A DNA stretch of 64,000 nucleotides from Botryllus schlosseri (GCA_051294905.1 CM119371.1:13766001-13830000), one strand, 5' to 3'; shown: positions 10,901-26,346, counted from the stretch's first letter. A program made the numbers and translations. The notes: generated by a model from the sequence alone, not told the origin.

Positions 10901-13900
10901 TTTATGAAAAGTTCTATTCCACCAAGATTTCTCTATGTTCCCGAGGGCCTACAGTTACAACTCTGCTACCAGATTGTAGCAATTCAAAAGTTACATCGAA
11001 TGAGCCTATCGGCGTATTCCTGGCTATTGTAGTTTAGGAGATATTGGCAGATTTAGCCATTTTGGGGGGTATGAAAATTTATGAAAAGTTCAATTCCACC
11101 AAGATTTCTCTATGTTCCCGAGGGCCTACAGTTACAACTCTGCTACCAGATTGTAGCAGTTCAAAAGTTACATCGAATGAGCCTATCGGCGTATTCCTGG
11201 CTATTGTAGTTTTGGAGATATTGGCAGATTTAGCCATTTTGGGGGGTATGAAAATTTATGAAAAGTTCAATTCCACCAAGATTTCTCTATGTTCCCGAGG
11301 GCCTACAGTTACAACTCTGCTACCAGATTGTTGCAATTCAAAAGTTACATCGAATGAGCTTATCGGCGTATTCCTGGCTATTGTAGTTTAGGAGATATTG
11401 GCAGATTTAGCCATTTTGGGGGGTATGAAAATTTATGAAAAGTTCAATTCCACCAAGATTTCTCTATGTTCCCGAGAGCCTACAGTTACAACTCTGCTAC
11501 CAGATTGTAGCAATTCAAAAGTTACATCGAATGAGCCTATCGGCGTATTCCTGGCTATTGTAGTTTAGGAGATATTGGCAGATTTAGCCATTTTGGGGGG
11601 TATGAAAATTTATGAAAAGTTCAATTCCACCAAGATTTCTCTATGTTCCCGAGGGCCTACAGTTACAACTCTGCTACCAGATTGTAGCAATTCAAAGTTA
11701 CATCGAATGAGCCTATCGGCGTATTCCAGGCTATTGTAGTTTAGGAGATATTGGCAGATTTAGCCATTTTGGGGGGTATGAAAATTTATGAAAAGTTCAA
11801 TTCCACCAAGATTTCTCTATGTTCCCGAGGGCCTACAGTTACAACTCTGCTACCAGATTGTAGCAATTCAAAAGTTACATCGAATGAGCCTATCGGCGTA
11901 TTCCTGGCTATTGTAGTTTAGGAGATATTGGCAGATTTAGCCATTTTGGGGGGTATGAAAATTTATGAAAAGTTCAATTCCACCAAGATTTCTCTATGTT
12001 CCCGAGGGCCTACAGTTACAACTCTGCTACCAGATTGTAGCAATTCAAAAGTTACATCGAATGAGCCTATCGGCGTATTCCTGGCTATTGTAGTTTAGGA
12101 GATATTGGCAGATTTAGCCATTTTGGGGGGTATGAAAATTTATGAAAAGTTCAATTCCACCAAGATTTCTCTATGTTCCCGAGGGCCTACAGTTACAGCT
12201 CTGCTACCAGATTGTAGCAATTCAAAAGTTACATCGAATGAGCCTATCGGCGTATTCCAGGCTATTGTAGTTTAGGAGATATTGGCAGATTTAGCCATTT
12301 TTGGGGGTATGAAAATTTATGAAAAGTTCAATTCCACCAAGATTTCTCTATGTTCCCGAGGGCCTACAGTTACAACTCTGCTACCAGATTGTAGCAGTTC
12401 AAAAGTTACATCGAATGAGCCTATCGGCGTATTCCTGGCTATTGTAGTTTAGGAGATATTGGCAGATTTAGCCATTTTGGGGGTATGAAAATTTATGAAA
12501 AGTTTCAATTCCACCAAGATTTCTCTATGTTCCGAGGGCCTACAGTTACAACTCTGCTACCAGATTGTTGCAATTCAAACGTTACATCGAATGAGCTTAT
12601 CGGCGTATTCCTGGCTATTGTAGTTTAGGAGATATTGGCAGATTTAGCCATTTTGGGGGTATGAAAATTTATGAAAGTTCAATTCCACCAAGATTTCTCT
12701 ATGTTCCCGAGGGCCTACAGTTACAACTCTGCCTACCAGATTGTAGCAATTCAAAAGTTACATCGAATGAGCCTATCGGCGTATTCCTGGCCATTGTAGT
12801 TTAGGAGATATTGGCAGATTTAGCCATTTTGGGGGGTATGAAAATTTATGAAAAGTTCAATTCCACCAAGATTTCTCTATGTTCCCGAGGGCCTACAGTT
12901 ACAACTCTGCTACCAGATTGTAGCAATTCAAAAGTTACATCGAATGAGCCTATCGGCGTATTCCTGGCTATTGTAGTTTAGGAGATATTGGCAGATTTAG
13001 CCATTTTGGGGGGTATGAAAATTTATGAAAAGTTCAATTCCACCAAGATTTCTCTATGTTCCCGAGGGCCTACAGTTACAACTCTGCTACCAGATTGTAG
13101 CAATTCAAAAGTTACATCGAATGAGCCTATCGGCGTATTCCTGGCTATTGTAGTTTAGGAGATATTGGCAGATTTAGCCATTTTGGGGGGTATGAAAATT
13201 TATGAAAAGTTCAATTCCACCAAGATTTCTCTATGTTCCCGAGGGCCTACAGTTACAGCTCTGCTACCAGATTGTAGCAATTCAAAAGTTACATCGAATG
13301 AGCCTATCGGCGTATTCCTGGCTATTGTAGTTTAGGAGATATTGGCAGATTTAGCCATTTTGGGGGGTATGAAAATTTATGAAAAGTTCAATTCCACCAA
13401 GATTTCTCTATGTTCCCGAGGGCCTACAGTTACAACTCTGCTACCAGATTGTAGCAATTCAAAGTTACATCGAATGAGCCTATCGGCGTATTCCTGGCTA
13501 TTGTAGTTTAGGAGATATTGTCAGATTTAGCCATTTTGGGGGGTATGAAAATTTATGAAAAGTTCAATTCCACCAAGATTTCTCTATGTTCCCGAGGGCC
13601 TACAGTTACAACTCTGCTACCAGATTGTAGCAATTCAAAAGTTACATCGAATGAGCCTATCGGCGTATTCCTGGCTATTGTAGTTTAGGAGATATTGGCA
13701 GATTTAGCCATTTTGGGGGTATGAAAATTTATGAAAAGTTCAATTCCACCAAGATTTCTCTATGTTCCCGAGGGCCTACAGTTACAACTCTGCTACCAGA
13801 TTATAGCAATTCAAAAGTTACAGCGAATGAGCCTATCGGCGTATTCCTGGCTATTGTAGTTTAGGAGATATTGGCAGATTTAGCCATTTTGGGGGGTATG

Positions 13901-16900
13901 AAAATTTATGAAAAGTTCAATTCCACCAAGATTTCTCTATGTTCCCGAGGGCCTACAGTTACAACTCTGCTACCAGATTGTAGCAATTCAAAAGTTACAT
14001 CGAATGAGCCTATCGGCGTATTCCTGGCTATTGTAGTTTGGGCGATATCGGCAGATTTAGCCATTTTGGGGGGTATGAAAATTTATGAAAAGTTCAATTC
14101 CACCAAGATTTCTCTATGTTCCCGAGGGTCTACAGTTACAACTCTGCTACCAGATTGTAGCAATTCAAAAGTTACATCGAATGAGCCTATCGGCGTATTC
14201 CTGGCTATTGTAGTTTAGGAGATATTGGCAGATTTAGCCATTTTGGGGGGTATGAAAATTTATGGAAAGTTCAATTCCACCAAGATTTCTCTATGTTCCC
14301 GAGGGCCTACAGTTACAACTTTGCTACCAGATTGTAGCAATTCAAAAGTTACATCGAATGAGCCTATCGGCGTATTCCTGGCTATTGTAGTTTAGGAGAG
14401 ATTGGCAGATTTAGCCATTTTGGGGGGTATGAAAATTTATGAAAAGTTCAATTCCACCAAGATTTCTCTATGTTCCCGAGGGCCTACAGTTACAACTCTG
14501 CTACCAGATTGTAGCAATTCAAAAGTTACATCGAATGAGCCTATCGGCGTATTCCTGGCTATTGTAGTTTAAGAGATATTGGCAGATTTAGCCATTTTGG
14601 GGGGTATGAAAATTTATGAAAAGTTCAATTCCACCAAGATTTCTCTATGTTCCCGAGGGCCTACAGTTACAGCTCTGCTACCAGATTGTAGCAATTCAAA
14701 AGTTACATCGAATGAGCCTATCGGTGTATTTCTGGCTATAGTAGTTTAGGAGATATTGGCAGATTTAGCCATTTTGGGGGTTATGAAAATTTATGAAAAG
14801 TTCAATTCCACCAAGATTTCTCTATGTTCCCGAGGGCCTACAGTTACAACTCTGCTACCAGATTGTAGCAATTCAAAAGTTACATCGAATGAGCCTATCG
14901 GCGTATTCCTGGCTATTGTAGTTTAGGAGATATTGGCAGATTTAGCCATTTTGGGGGGTATGAAAATTTATGAAAAGTTCAATTCCACCAAGATTTCTCT
15001 ATGTTCCCGAGGGCCTACAGTTACAACTCTGCTACCAGATTGTAGCAATTCAAAAGTTACATCGAATGAGCCTATCGGCGTATTCCTGGCTATTGTAGTT
15101 TAGGAGATATTGGCAGATTTAGCCATTTTGGGGGGTATGAAAATTTATGAAAAGTTCAATTCCACCAAGATTTCTCTATGTTCTCGAGGGCCTACCGGTA
15201 CAACTCTGCTACCAGATTGTAGCAATTCAAAAGTTACATCGAATGAGCCTATCGGCGTATTCCTGGCTATTGTAGTTTAGGAGATATTGGCAGATTTAGC
15301 CATTTTGGGGGGTATGAAAATTTATGAAAAGTTCAATTCCACCAAGATTTCTCTATGTTCCCGAGGGCCTACAGTTACAACTCTGCTACCAGATTGTAGC
15401 AATTCAAAAGTTACATCGAAATGAGCCTATCGGCGTATTCCTGGCTATTGTAGTTTAGGAGATATTGGCAGATTTAGCCATTTTGGGGGGGTATGAAAAT
15501 TATGAAAAGTTCAATTCCACCAAGATTTCTCTATGTTCCCGAGGGCCTACAGTTACAACTCTGCTACCAGATTGTAGCAATTCAAAAGTTACATCGAATG
15601 AGCCTATCGGCGTATTCCTGGCTATTGTAGTTTAGGAGATATTGGCAGATTTAGCCATTTTGGGGGGTATGAAAATTTATGAAAGTTCAATTCCACCAAG
15701 ATTTCTCTATGTTCCCGAGGCCTACAGTTACAACTCTGCAACCAGATTGTAGCAATTCAAAAGTTACATCGAATGAGCCTATCGGCGTATTCCTGGCTAT
15801 TGTAGTTTAGGAGATATTGGCAAGATTTAAGCCATTTTTGGGGGTATGAAAATTTATGAAAAGTTCAATTCCCACAAGATTTCTCTATGTTCCCGAGGGC
15901 CTACAGTTACAACTCTGCCTACCAGATTGTAGCAATTCAAAAGTTACATCGAATGAGCCTATCGGCGTATTCCTGGCTATTTTAGTCTAGGAGATATTGG
16001 CAGATTTAGCCATTTTGGGGGGTATGAAAATTTATGAAAAGTTCAATTCCACCAAGATTTCTCTATGTTCCCGAGGGCCTACAGTTACAGCTCTGCTACC
16101 AGATTGTAGCAATTCAAAAGTTACATCGAATGAGCCTATCGGCGTATTCCTGGCTATTGTAGTTTAGGAGATATTGGCAGATTTAGCCATTTTGGGGGGT
16201 ATGAAAATTTATGAAAAGTTCAATTCCACCAAGATTTCTCTATGTTCCCGAGGGCCTACAGTTACAACTCTGCTACCAGATTGTAGCAATTCAAAAGTTA
16301 CATCGAATGAGCATATCGGCGTATTCCTGGCTATTGTAGTTTAGGAGATATTGGCAGATTTAGCCATTTTGGGGGGTATGAAAATTTATGAAAAGTTCAA
16401 TTCCACCAAGATTTCTCTATGTTCCCGAGGGCCTACAGTTACAACTCTGCTACCAGATTGTAGCAATTCAAAAGTTACATCGAATGAGCCTATCGGCGTA
16501 TTCCTGGCTATTGTAGTTTAGGAGATATTGGCAGATTTAGCCATTTTGGGGGTATGAAAATTTATGAAAAGTTCAATTCCACCAAGATTTCTCTATGTTC
16601 CCGAGGGCCTACAGTTACAACTCTGCTACCAGATTGTAGCAATTCAAAAAGTTACATCGAATGAGCCTATCGGCGTATTCCTGGCTATTGTAGTTTAGGA
16701 GATATTGGCAGATTTAGCCATTTTGGGGGGTATGAAAATTTATGAAAAGTTCAATTCCACCAAGATTTCTCCATGTTCCGAGGGCCTACAGTTACAACTC
16801 TGCTACCAGATTGTAGCAATTCAAAAGTTACATCGAATGAGCCTATCGGCGTATTCCTGGCTATTGTAGTTTGGAGATATTGGCAGATTTAGCCATTTTG

Positions 16901-19900
16901 GGGGGTATGAAAATTTATGAAAAGTTCAATTCCACCAAGATTTCTCTATGTTCCCGAGGCCAACAGTTACAACTCTGCTACCAGATTGTAGCAATTCAAA
17001 AGTTACATCGAATGAGCCTATCGGCGTATTCCTGGCTATTGTAGTTTAGGAGATATTGGCAGATTTAGCCATTTTGGGGGGTATGAAAATTTATGAAAGT
17101 TCAATTCCACCAAGATTTCTCTATGTTCCCGAGGGCCTACAGTTACAACTTTGCTACCAGATTGTAGCAATTCAAAAGTTACATCGAATGAGCCTATCGG
17201 CGTATTCCTGGCTATTGTAGTTTAGGAGAGATTGGCAGATTTAGCCATTTTGGGGGGTATGAAAATTTATGAAAAGTTCAATTCCACCAAGATTTCTCTA
17301 TGTTCCCGAGGGCCTACAGTTACAACTCTGCTACCAGATTGTAGCAATTCAAAAGTTACATCGAATGAGCCTATCGGCGTATTCCTGGCTATTGTAGTTC
17401 AAGAGATATTGGCAGATTTAGCCATTTTGGGGGGTATGAAAATTTATGAAAAGTTCAATTCCACCAAGATTTCTCTATGTTCCCGAGGGCCTACAGTTAC
17501 AGCTCTGCTACCAGATTGTAGCAATTCAAAAGTTACATCGAATGAGCCTATCGGCGTATTTCTGGCTATTGTAGTTTAGGAGATATTGGCAGATTTAGCC
17601 ATTTTGGGGGGTTATGAAAATTTATGAAAAGTTCAATTCCACCAAGATTTCTCTATGTTCCCGAGGGCCTACAGTTACAACTCTGCTACCAGATTGTAGC
17701 AATTCAAAAGTTACATCGAATGAGCCTATCGGCGTATTCCTGGCTATTGTAGTTTAGGAGATATTGGCAGATTTAGCCATTTTGGGGGGTATGAAAATTT
17801 ATGAAAAGTTCAATTCCACCAAGATTTCTCTATGTTCCCGAGGGCCTACAGTTACAACTCTGCTACCAGATTGTAGCAATTCAAAAGTTACATCGAATGA
17901 GCCTATCGGCGTATTCCTGGCTATTGTAGTTTAGGAGATATTGGCAGATTTAGCTATTTTGGGGGTATGAAAATTAATGAAAAGTTCAATTCCACCAAGA
18001 TTTCTCTATGTTCCCGAGGGCCTACGGTACAACTCTGCTACCAGATTGTAGCAATTCAAAAGTTACATCGAATGAGCCTATCGGCGTATTCCTGGCTATT
18101 GTAGTTTAGGAGATATTGGCAGATTTAGCCATTTTGGGGGGTATGAAAATTTATGAAAAAGTTCAATTCCACCAAGATTTCTCTATGTTCCCGAGGGCCT
18201 ACAGTTACAACTCTGCTACCAGATTGTAGCAATTCAAAAGTTACATCGAATGAGCCTATCGGCGTATTCCTGGCTATTGTAGTTTAGGAGATATTGGCAG
18301 ATTTAGCCATTTTGGGGGGTATGAAAATTATGAAAAGTTCAATTCCACCAAGATTTCTCTATGTTCCCGAGGGCCTACAGTTACAACTCTGCTACCAGAT
18401 TGTAGCAATTCAAAAGTTACATCGAATGAGCCTATCGGCGTATTCCTGGCTATTGTAGTTTGGGAGATATTGGCAGATTTAGCCATTTTGGGGGGTATGA
18501 AAATTTATGAAAAGTTCAATTCCACCAAGATTTCTCTATGTTCCCGAGGGCCTACAGTTACAACTCTGCTACCAGATTGTAGCAATTCAAAAGTTACATC
18601 GAATGAGCCTATCGGCGTATTCCTGGCTATTGTAGTTTAGGAGATATTGGCAGATTTAGCCATTTTGGGGGGTATGAAAATTTGTGAAAAGTTCTATTCC
18701 ACCAAGATTTCTCTATGTTCCCGAGGGCCTACAGTTACAACTCTGCTACAGATTGTAGCAATTCAAAAGTTACATCGAATGAGCCTATCGGCGTATTCCT
18801 GGCTATTGTAGTTTAGGAGATATTGGCAGATTTAGCCATTTTGGGGGGTATGAAAATTTATGAAAAGTTCAATTCCACCAAGATTTCTCTATGTTCCCGA
18901 GGGCCTACCGGTACAACTCTGCTACCAGATTGTAGCAATTCAAAAGTTACATCGAATGAGCCTATCGGCGTATACCTGGCTATTGTAGTTTAGGAGATAT
19001 TGGCAGATTTAGCCATTTTGGGGGGTATGAAAATTTATGAAAAGTTCAATTCCACCAAGATTTCTCTATGTTCCCGAGGGCCTACAGTTACAACTCTGCT
19101 ACCAGATTGTAGCAATTCAAAAGTTACATCGAATGAGCCTATCGGCGTATTCCTGGCTATTGTAGTTTAGGAGATATTGGCAGATTTAGCCATTTTGGGG
19201 GTATGAAAATTTATGAAAAGTTCAATTCCACCAAGATTTCTCTATGTTCCCGAGGGCCTACAGTTACAACTCTGCTACCAGATTGTAGCAATTCAAAAGT
19301 TACATCGAATGAGCCTATCGGCGTATTCCTGGCTATTGTAGTTTGGGAGTTATTGGCAGATTTAGCCATTTTGGGGGGTATGAAAATTTATGAAAAGTTC
19401 AATTCCACCAAGATTTCTCTATGTTCCCGAGGGCCTACAGTTACAACTCTGCTACCAGATTGTAGCAATTCAAAGTTACATCGAATGAGCCTATCGGCGT
19501 ATTCCTGGCTATTGTAGTTTAGGAGATATTGGCAGATTTAGCCATTTTGGGGGGTATGAAAATTTATGAAAAGTTCAATTCCACCAAGATTTCTCTATGT
19601 TCCCGAGGGCCTACAGTTACAACTCTGCTACCAGATTGTAGCAATTCAAAAGTTACATCGAATGAGCCTATCGGCGTATTCCTGGCTATTGTAGTTTAGG
19701 AGATATTGGCAGATTTAGCCATTTTGGGGGTATGAAAATTTATGAAAAGTTCAATTCCACCAAGATTTCTCTATGTTCCCGAGGGCCTACAGTTACAGCT
19801 CTGCTACCAGATTGTAGCAATTCAAAAGTTACATCGAATGAGCCTATCGGCGTATTCTGGCTATTGTAGTTTAGGAGATATTGGCAGATTTAGCCATTTT

Positions 19901-22900
19901 GGGGGGTATGAAAATTTATGAAAAGTTCAATTCCACCAAGATTTCTCTATGTTCCCGAGGGCCTACAGTTAAAACTCTGCTACCAGATTGTAGCAATTCA
20001 AAAGTTACATCGAATGAGCCTATCGGCGTATTCCTGGCTATTGTAGTTTAGGAGATATTGGTAGATTTAGCCATTTTGGGGGGTATGAAAATTTATGAAA
20101 AGTTCAATTCCACCAAGATTTCTCTATGTTCCCGAGGGCCTACAGTTAAAACTCTGCTACCAAATTGTAGCAATTCAAAAGTTACATCGAATGAGCCTAT
20201 CGGCGTATTCCTGGCTATTGTAGTTTAGGAGATATTGGTAGATTTAGCCATTTTGGGGGGTATGAAAATTTATGAAAAGTTCAATTCCACCAAGATTTCT
20301 CTATGTTCCCGAGGGCCTACAGTTACAACTCTGCTACCAGATTGTAGCAATTCAAAAGTTACATCGAATGAGCCTATCGGCGTATTCCTGGCTATTGTAG
20401 TTTAGGAGATATTGGCAGATTTAGCCATTTTGGGGGGTATGAAAATTTATGAAAAGTTCAATTCCACCAAGATTTCTCTATGGTCCCGAGGGCCTACAGT
20501 TACAACTCTGCTACCAGATTGTAGCAATTCAAAAGTTACATCGAATGAGCCTATCGGCGTATTCCTGGCTATTGTAGTTTAGGAGATATTGGCAGATTTA
20601 GCCATTTTGGGGGTATGAAAATTTATGAAAAGTTCAATTCCACCAAGATTTCTCTATGTTCCCGAGGGCCTACAGTTACAACTCTGCTACCAGATTGTAG
20701 CAATTCAAAAGTTACATCGAATGAGCCTATCGGCGTATTCCTGGCTATTGTAGTTTAGGAGATATTGGCAGATTTAGCGATTTTGGGGGGTATGAAAATT
20801 TATGAAAAGTTCAATTCCACCAAGATTTCTCTATGTTCCCGAGGGCCTACAGTTACAGACTCTGCGACCAGATTGTAGCAATTCAAAAGTTACAGCGAAT
20901 GAGCATATCGGCGTATTCCTGGCTATTGTAGTTTAGGAGTTATTGGCAGATTTAGCCATTTTGGGGGGTATGAAAATTTATGAAAAGTTCAATTCCACCA
21001 AGATTTCTCTATGTTCCCGAGGGCCTACAGTTACAAACTCTGCTACCAGATTGTAGCAATCAAAAGTTACATCGAATGAGCCTATCGGCGTATTCCTGGC
21101 TATTGTAGTTTAGGAGATATTGGCAGATTTAGCCATTTTGGGGGGTATGAAAATTTATGAAAAGTTCAATTCCACCAAGATTTCTCTATGTTCCCGAGGG
21201 CCTACAGTTACAACTCTGCTACCAGATTGTAGCAATTCAAAAGTTACATCGAATGAGCCTATCGGCGTATTCCTGGCTATTGTAGTTTAGGAGATATTGG
21301 CAGATTTAGCCATTTTTGGGGGGTATGAAAATTTATGAAAAGTTCAATTCCACCAAGATTTCTCTATGTTCCCGAGGGCCTACAGTTACAACTCTGCTAC
21401 CAGATTGTAGCAATTCAAAAGTTACATCGAATGAGCCTATCGGCGTATTCCTGGCTATTGTAGTTTAGGAGATATTGGCAGATTTAGCCATTTTGGGGGG
21501 TATGAAAATTTATGAAAAGTTCAATTCCACCAAGATTTCTCTATGTTCCCGAGGGCCTACAGTTACAACTCTGCTACCAGATTGTAGCAATTCAAAGTTA
21601 CAATCGAATGAGCCTATCGGCGTATTCCTGGCTATTGTAGTTTAGGAGATATTGGCAGATTTAGCCATTTTTGGGTGGTATGAAAATTTATGAAAACGTT
21701 CAATTCCACCAAGATTTCTCTGTTCCCGAGGGCCTACAGTTACAACTCTGCTACCAGATTGTAGCAATTCAAAGTTACATCGAATGAGCCTATCGGCGTA
21801 TTCCTGGCTATTGTAGTTTAGGAGATATTGGCAGATTTAGCCATTTTGGGGGGTATGAAAATTTATGAAAAGTTCAATTCCACCAGATTTCTCTATGTTC
21901 CCGAGGGCCTACAGTTACAGCTCTGCTACCAGATTGTAGCAATTCAAAAGTTACATCGAATGAGCCTATCGGCGTATTTCTGGCTATTGTAGTTTAGGAG
22001 ATATTGGCAGAATTTAGCCATTTTGGGGGGTATGAAAATTTATGAAAAGTTCAATTCCACCAAGATTTCTCTATGTTCCCGAGGGCCTACAGTTAAAACT
22101 CTGCTACCAGATTGTAGCAATTCAAAAGTTACATCGAATGAGCCTATCGGCGTAATTCCTGGCTATTGTAGTTTAGGAGATATTGGTAGATTTAGCCATT
22201 TTGGGGGGTATGAAAATTTATGAAAAGTTCAATTCCACCAAGATTTCTCTATGTTCCCGAGGCCCTACAGTTAAAACTCTGCTACAAATTGTAGCAATTC
22301 AAAGTTACATCGAATGAGCCTATCGGCGTATTCCTAGGCTATTGTAGTTTAGGAGATATTGGTAGATTTAGCCATTTTGGGGGGGTATGAAAATTTATGA
22401 AAAGTTCAATTCCACCAAGATTTCTCTATGTTCCGAGGGCCTACAGTTACAACTCTGCTACCAGATTGTAGCAATTCAAAAGTTACATCGAATGAGCCTA
22501 TCGGCGTATTCCTGGCTATTGTAGTTTAGGAGATATTGGCAGATTTAGCCATTTTGGGGGGTATGAAAATTTATGAAAAGTTCAATTCCACCAAGATTTC
22601 TCTATGGTCCCGAGGGCCTACAGTTACAACTCTGCTACCAGATTGTAGCAATTCAAAAGTTACATCGAATGAGCCTATCGGCGTATTCCTGGCTATTGTA
22701 GTTTAGGAGATATTGGCAGATTTAGCCATTTTGGGGGTATGAAAATTTATGAAAAGTTCAATTCCACCAAGATTTCTCTATGTTCCCGAGGGCCTACAGT
22801 TACAACTCTGCTACCAGATTGTAGCAATTCAAAAGTTACATCGAATGAGCCTATCGGCGTATTCCTGGCTATTGTAGTTTAGGAGATATTGGCAGATTTA

Positions 22901-25900
22901 GCGATTTTGGGGGGTATGAAAATTTATGAAAAGTTCAATTCCACCAAGATTTCTCTATGTTCCCGAGGGCCTACAGTTACAACTCTGCTACCAGATTGTA
23001 GCAATTCAAAAGTTACAGCGAATGAGCCTATCGGCGTATTCCTGGCTATTGTAGTTTAGGAGTTATTGGCAGATTTAGCCATTTTGGGGGTATGAAATTT
23101 ATGAAAAGTTCAATTCCACCAAGATTTCTCTATGTTCCCGAGGGCCTACAGTTACAACTCTGCTACCAGATTGTAGCAATTCAAAAGTTACATCGAATGA
23201 GCCTATCGGCGTATTCCTGGCTATTGTAGTTTAGGAGATATTGGCAGATTTAGCCATTTTGGGGGTATGAAAATTTATGAAAGTTCAATTCCACCAAGAT
23301 TTCTCTATGTTCCCGAGGGCCTACAGTTACAACTCTGCTACCAGATTGTAGCAAATCAAAAGTTACATCGAATGAGCCTATCGGCGTATTCCTGGCTATT
23401 TGTAGTTTAGGAGATATTGGCAGATTTAGCCATTTTTGGGGGTATGAAAATTTATGAAAAGTTCAATTCCACCAAGATTTCTCTATGTTCCCGAGGGCCT
23501 ACAGTTACAACTCTGCTACCAGATTGTAGCAATTCAAAAGTTACATCGATTGAGCCTATCCGGCGTATTCCTGGCTATTGTAGTTTAGGAGATATTGCAG
23601 ATTTAGCCATTTTTGGGGGTATGAAGAATTTCATGAAAAGTTCAATTCCACCAAGATTTCTCTATGTTCCCGAGGGCCTACAGTTACAAACTCTGCTACC
23701 AGATTGTAGCAATTCAAAAGTTACATCGAATGAGCCTATCGGCGTATATCCTGGCTATTGTAGTTTAGGAGATATGGCAGATTTAGCCATTTTTGGGGGT
23801 ATGAAATTTATGAAAAGTTCAATTCCACCAAGATTTCTACTGTTCCCGAGGGCCTACAGTTACAACTCTGCTACCAGATTGTAGCAATTCAAAAGTTACA
23901 TCGAATGAGCTATCGGCGTATTCCTGGCTATTGTAGTTTAGGAGATATTGGCAGATTTAGCCATTTTGGGGGGTATGAAAATTTATGAAAAGTTCAATTC
24001 CACCAAGATTTCTCTATGTTCCCGAGGGCCTACAGTTACAACTCTGCTACCAGATGTAGCAATTCAAAAGTTACATCGAATGAGCCTATCGGCGTATTCC
24101 TGGCTATTGTAGTTTAGGAGATATTGGCAGATTTAGCCATTTTGGGGGTATGAAAATTTATGAAAAGTTCAATTCCACCAAGATTTCTCTATGTTCCCGA
24201 GGGCCTACAGTTACAACTCTGCTACCAGATTGTAGCAATTCAAAAGTTACATCGAATGAGCTATCGGCGTATTCCTGGCTATTGTAGTTTAGGAGATATT
24301 GGCAGATTTAGGCCATTTTGGGGGTATGAAAATTTATGAAAAGTTCAATTCCACCAAGATTTCTCTATGTTCCCGAGGGCCTACAGTTACAACTCTGCTA
24401 CCAGATTGTAGCAATTCAAAAGTTACATCGAATGAGCCTATCGGCGTATTCCTGGCTATTGTAGTTTAGGAGATATTGGCAGATTTAGCCATTTTGGGGG
24501 TATGAAATTTATGAAAAGTTCAATTCCACCAAGATTTCTCTATGTTCCCGAGGGCCTACAGTTACAAACTCTGCTACCAGATTGTAGCAATTCAAAGTTA
24601 CATCGAATGAGCCTATCGGCGTATTCCTGGCTATTGTAGTTTAGGAGATATTGGCAGATTTAGCCATTTTGGGGGGTATGAAAATTTATGAAAAGTTCAA
24701 TTCCACCAAGATTTCTCTATGTTCCCGAGGGCCTACAGTTACAACTCTGCTACCCAGATTGTAGCAATTCAAAAGTTTACATCGAATGAGCCTATCGGCG
24801 TATTCCTGGCTATTGTAGTTTGGGATGATATTGGCATGATTTAGCCATTTTGTGGGGTATGAAAATTATGAAAAGTTCAATTCACACCAAGAGTTCTCTA
24901 TGTTTCCCGAGGGCCTACAGTTACAACTCTGCTACCAGATTTGTAGCAATTCAAAAGTTACATCGAATGAGCTATCGGCGTATTCCTGCTATTGTAGTTT
25001 AGGAGATATTGGTGCAGATTTAGCCATTTGGGGGGTATGAAAATTTATGAAAAGTTCAATTCCACAAGATTTCTCTATGTTCCCGAGGGCCTACAGTTAC
25101 AACTCGTGCTACCAGATTGTAGCATTTCAAAAGTTACATCGAATTGAAGCCTATCGGCGTATTCCTGGCTATTGTAGTTTTAGGAGATATTGGCAGATTT
25201 AGCCATTTTGGGGGGTATGAAAATTATGAAAAGTTCAATTCCGCCAAGATTTCTCGTATGTTCCCGAGGGCCTACAGTTTACAACTCTGCTACCAGATTG
25301 TAGCAATTCAAAGTTACATCGAATGAGCCTATCGGCGTATTCCTGCTATTGTAGTTTAGGAGATTATTGGCAGATTTAGCCATTTGGGGGGTATGAAAAT
25401 TTATGAAAAGTTCAATTCCACCAAGATTTCTTCTATGTTCCCGAGGGCCTACAGTTACAACCTCTGCTATCCAGGATTGCTAGCAATTCAAAAGTTACAT
25501 CGAATGAGCCTATCGGCGTATTCCTGGCTATTGTAGTTTAGGGAGATATTGGCAGATTTAGCCATTTTGGGGGGTATGAAAATTTATGAAAAGTTCAATT
25601 CCACCAAGATTCTCTATGTTCCCGAGGGCCTACAGTTACAAACTCTGCTACCAGATTGTAGCAATTCAAAAGTTAACATCGAATGAGCCTATCGCGTATT
25701 CCTGGCTATTGTAGTTTAGGAGATATTGGCAGATTTAGCCATTTTGGGGGGTATGAAAATTTATGAAAGTTCAATTCCACACAAGATTTCTCTATGTTCC
25801 CGAGGGCCTACAGTTACAACTCTGCTACCAGATTGTAGCAATTCAAAAGTGTACATCGAATGAGCCTATCGGCGTATTCCTGGCTATTGTAGTTTAGGAG

Positions 25901-26246
25901 ATATTGGCAGATTTAGCCATTTTGGGGGTATGAAAATTTATGAAAAGTTCAATTCCACCAAGATTTCTTCTTCTGTTCCCGAGGGCCTACAGTTACAACT
26001 CTGCTACGCAGATTGTAGCAATTCAAAAGTTACATCGAATGAGCCTATCGCGTATTCCTGGCTATTGTCGTTTAGGAGATATTGGCAGATTTAGCCATTT
26101 GGGGGGGTATGAAATTTATGAAAAGTTCAATTCCACCACAAAGATTTCTCTATGTTCCCGAGGGCCTACAGTTACAAACTCTGCTACCAGATTGTAGCAA
26201 TTCAAAAGTTACATCGAATGAGCCTATCGGCGTATTCCTGGCTATC
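4935..26246 (+). repeat. 177-bp tandem satellite array, left arm (~120 monomers)
   Basis: The monomer ACAGTTACAACTCTGCTACC...GTTCCCGAGGGCCT recurs at 4935, 5112 and onward with period 177. Most copies carry only 0-3 substitutions, and indels increase toward the gap. Confidence 0.99.
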
Positions 26247-26346
26247 NNNNNNNNNNNNNNNNNNNNNNNNNNNNNNNNNNNNNNNNNNNNNNNNNNNNNN
26301 NNNNNNNNNNNNNNNNNNNNNNNNNNNNNNNNNNNNNNNNNNNNNN
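26247..26346. other. Assembly gap (100 N, probably a placeholder length)
   Basis: Exactly 100 N; satellite orientation differs on the two sides. Confidence 0.99.

Noticed and set aside
20800..26246. Apparent degeneration gradient of the satellite
   Set aside because: The changes are mostly single-base indels rising toward the contig end, typical of low-coverage long-read consensus error.
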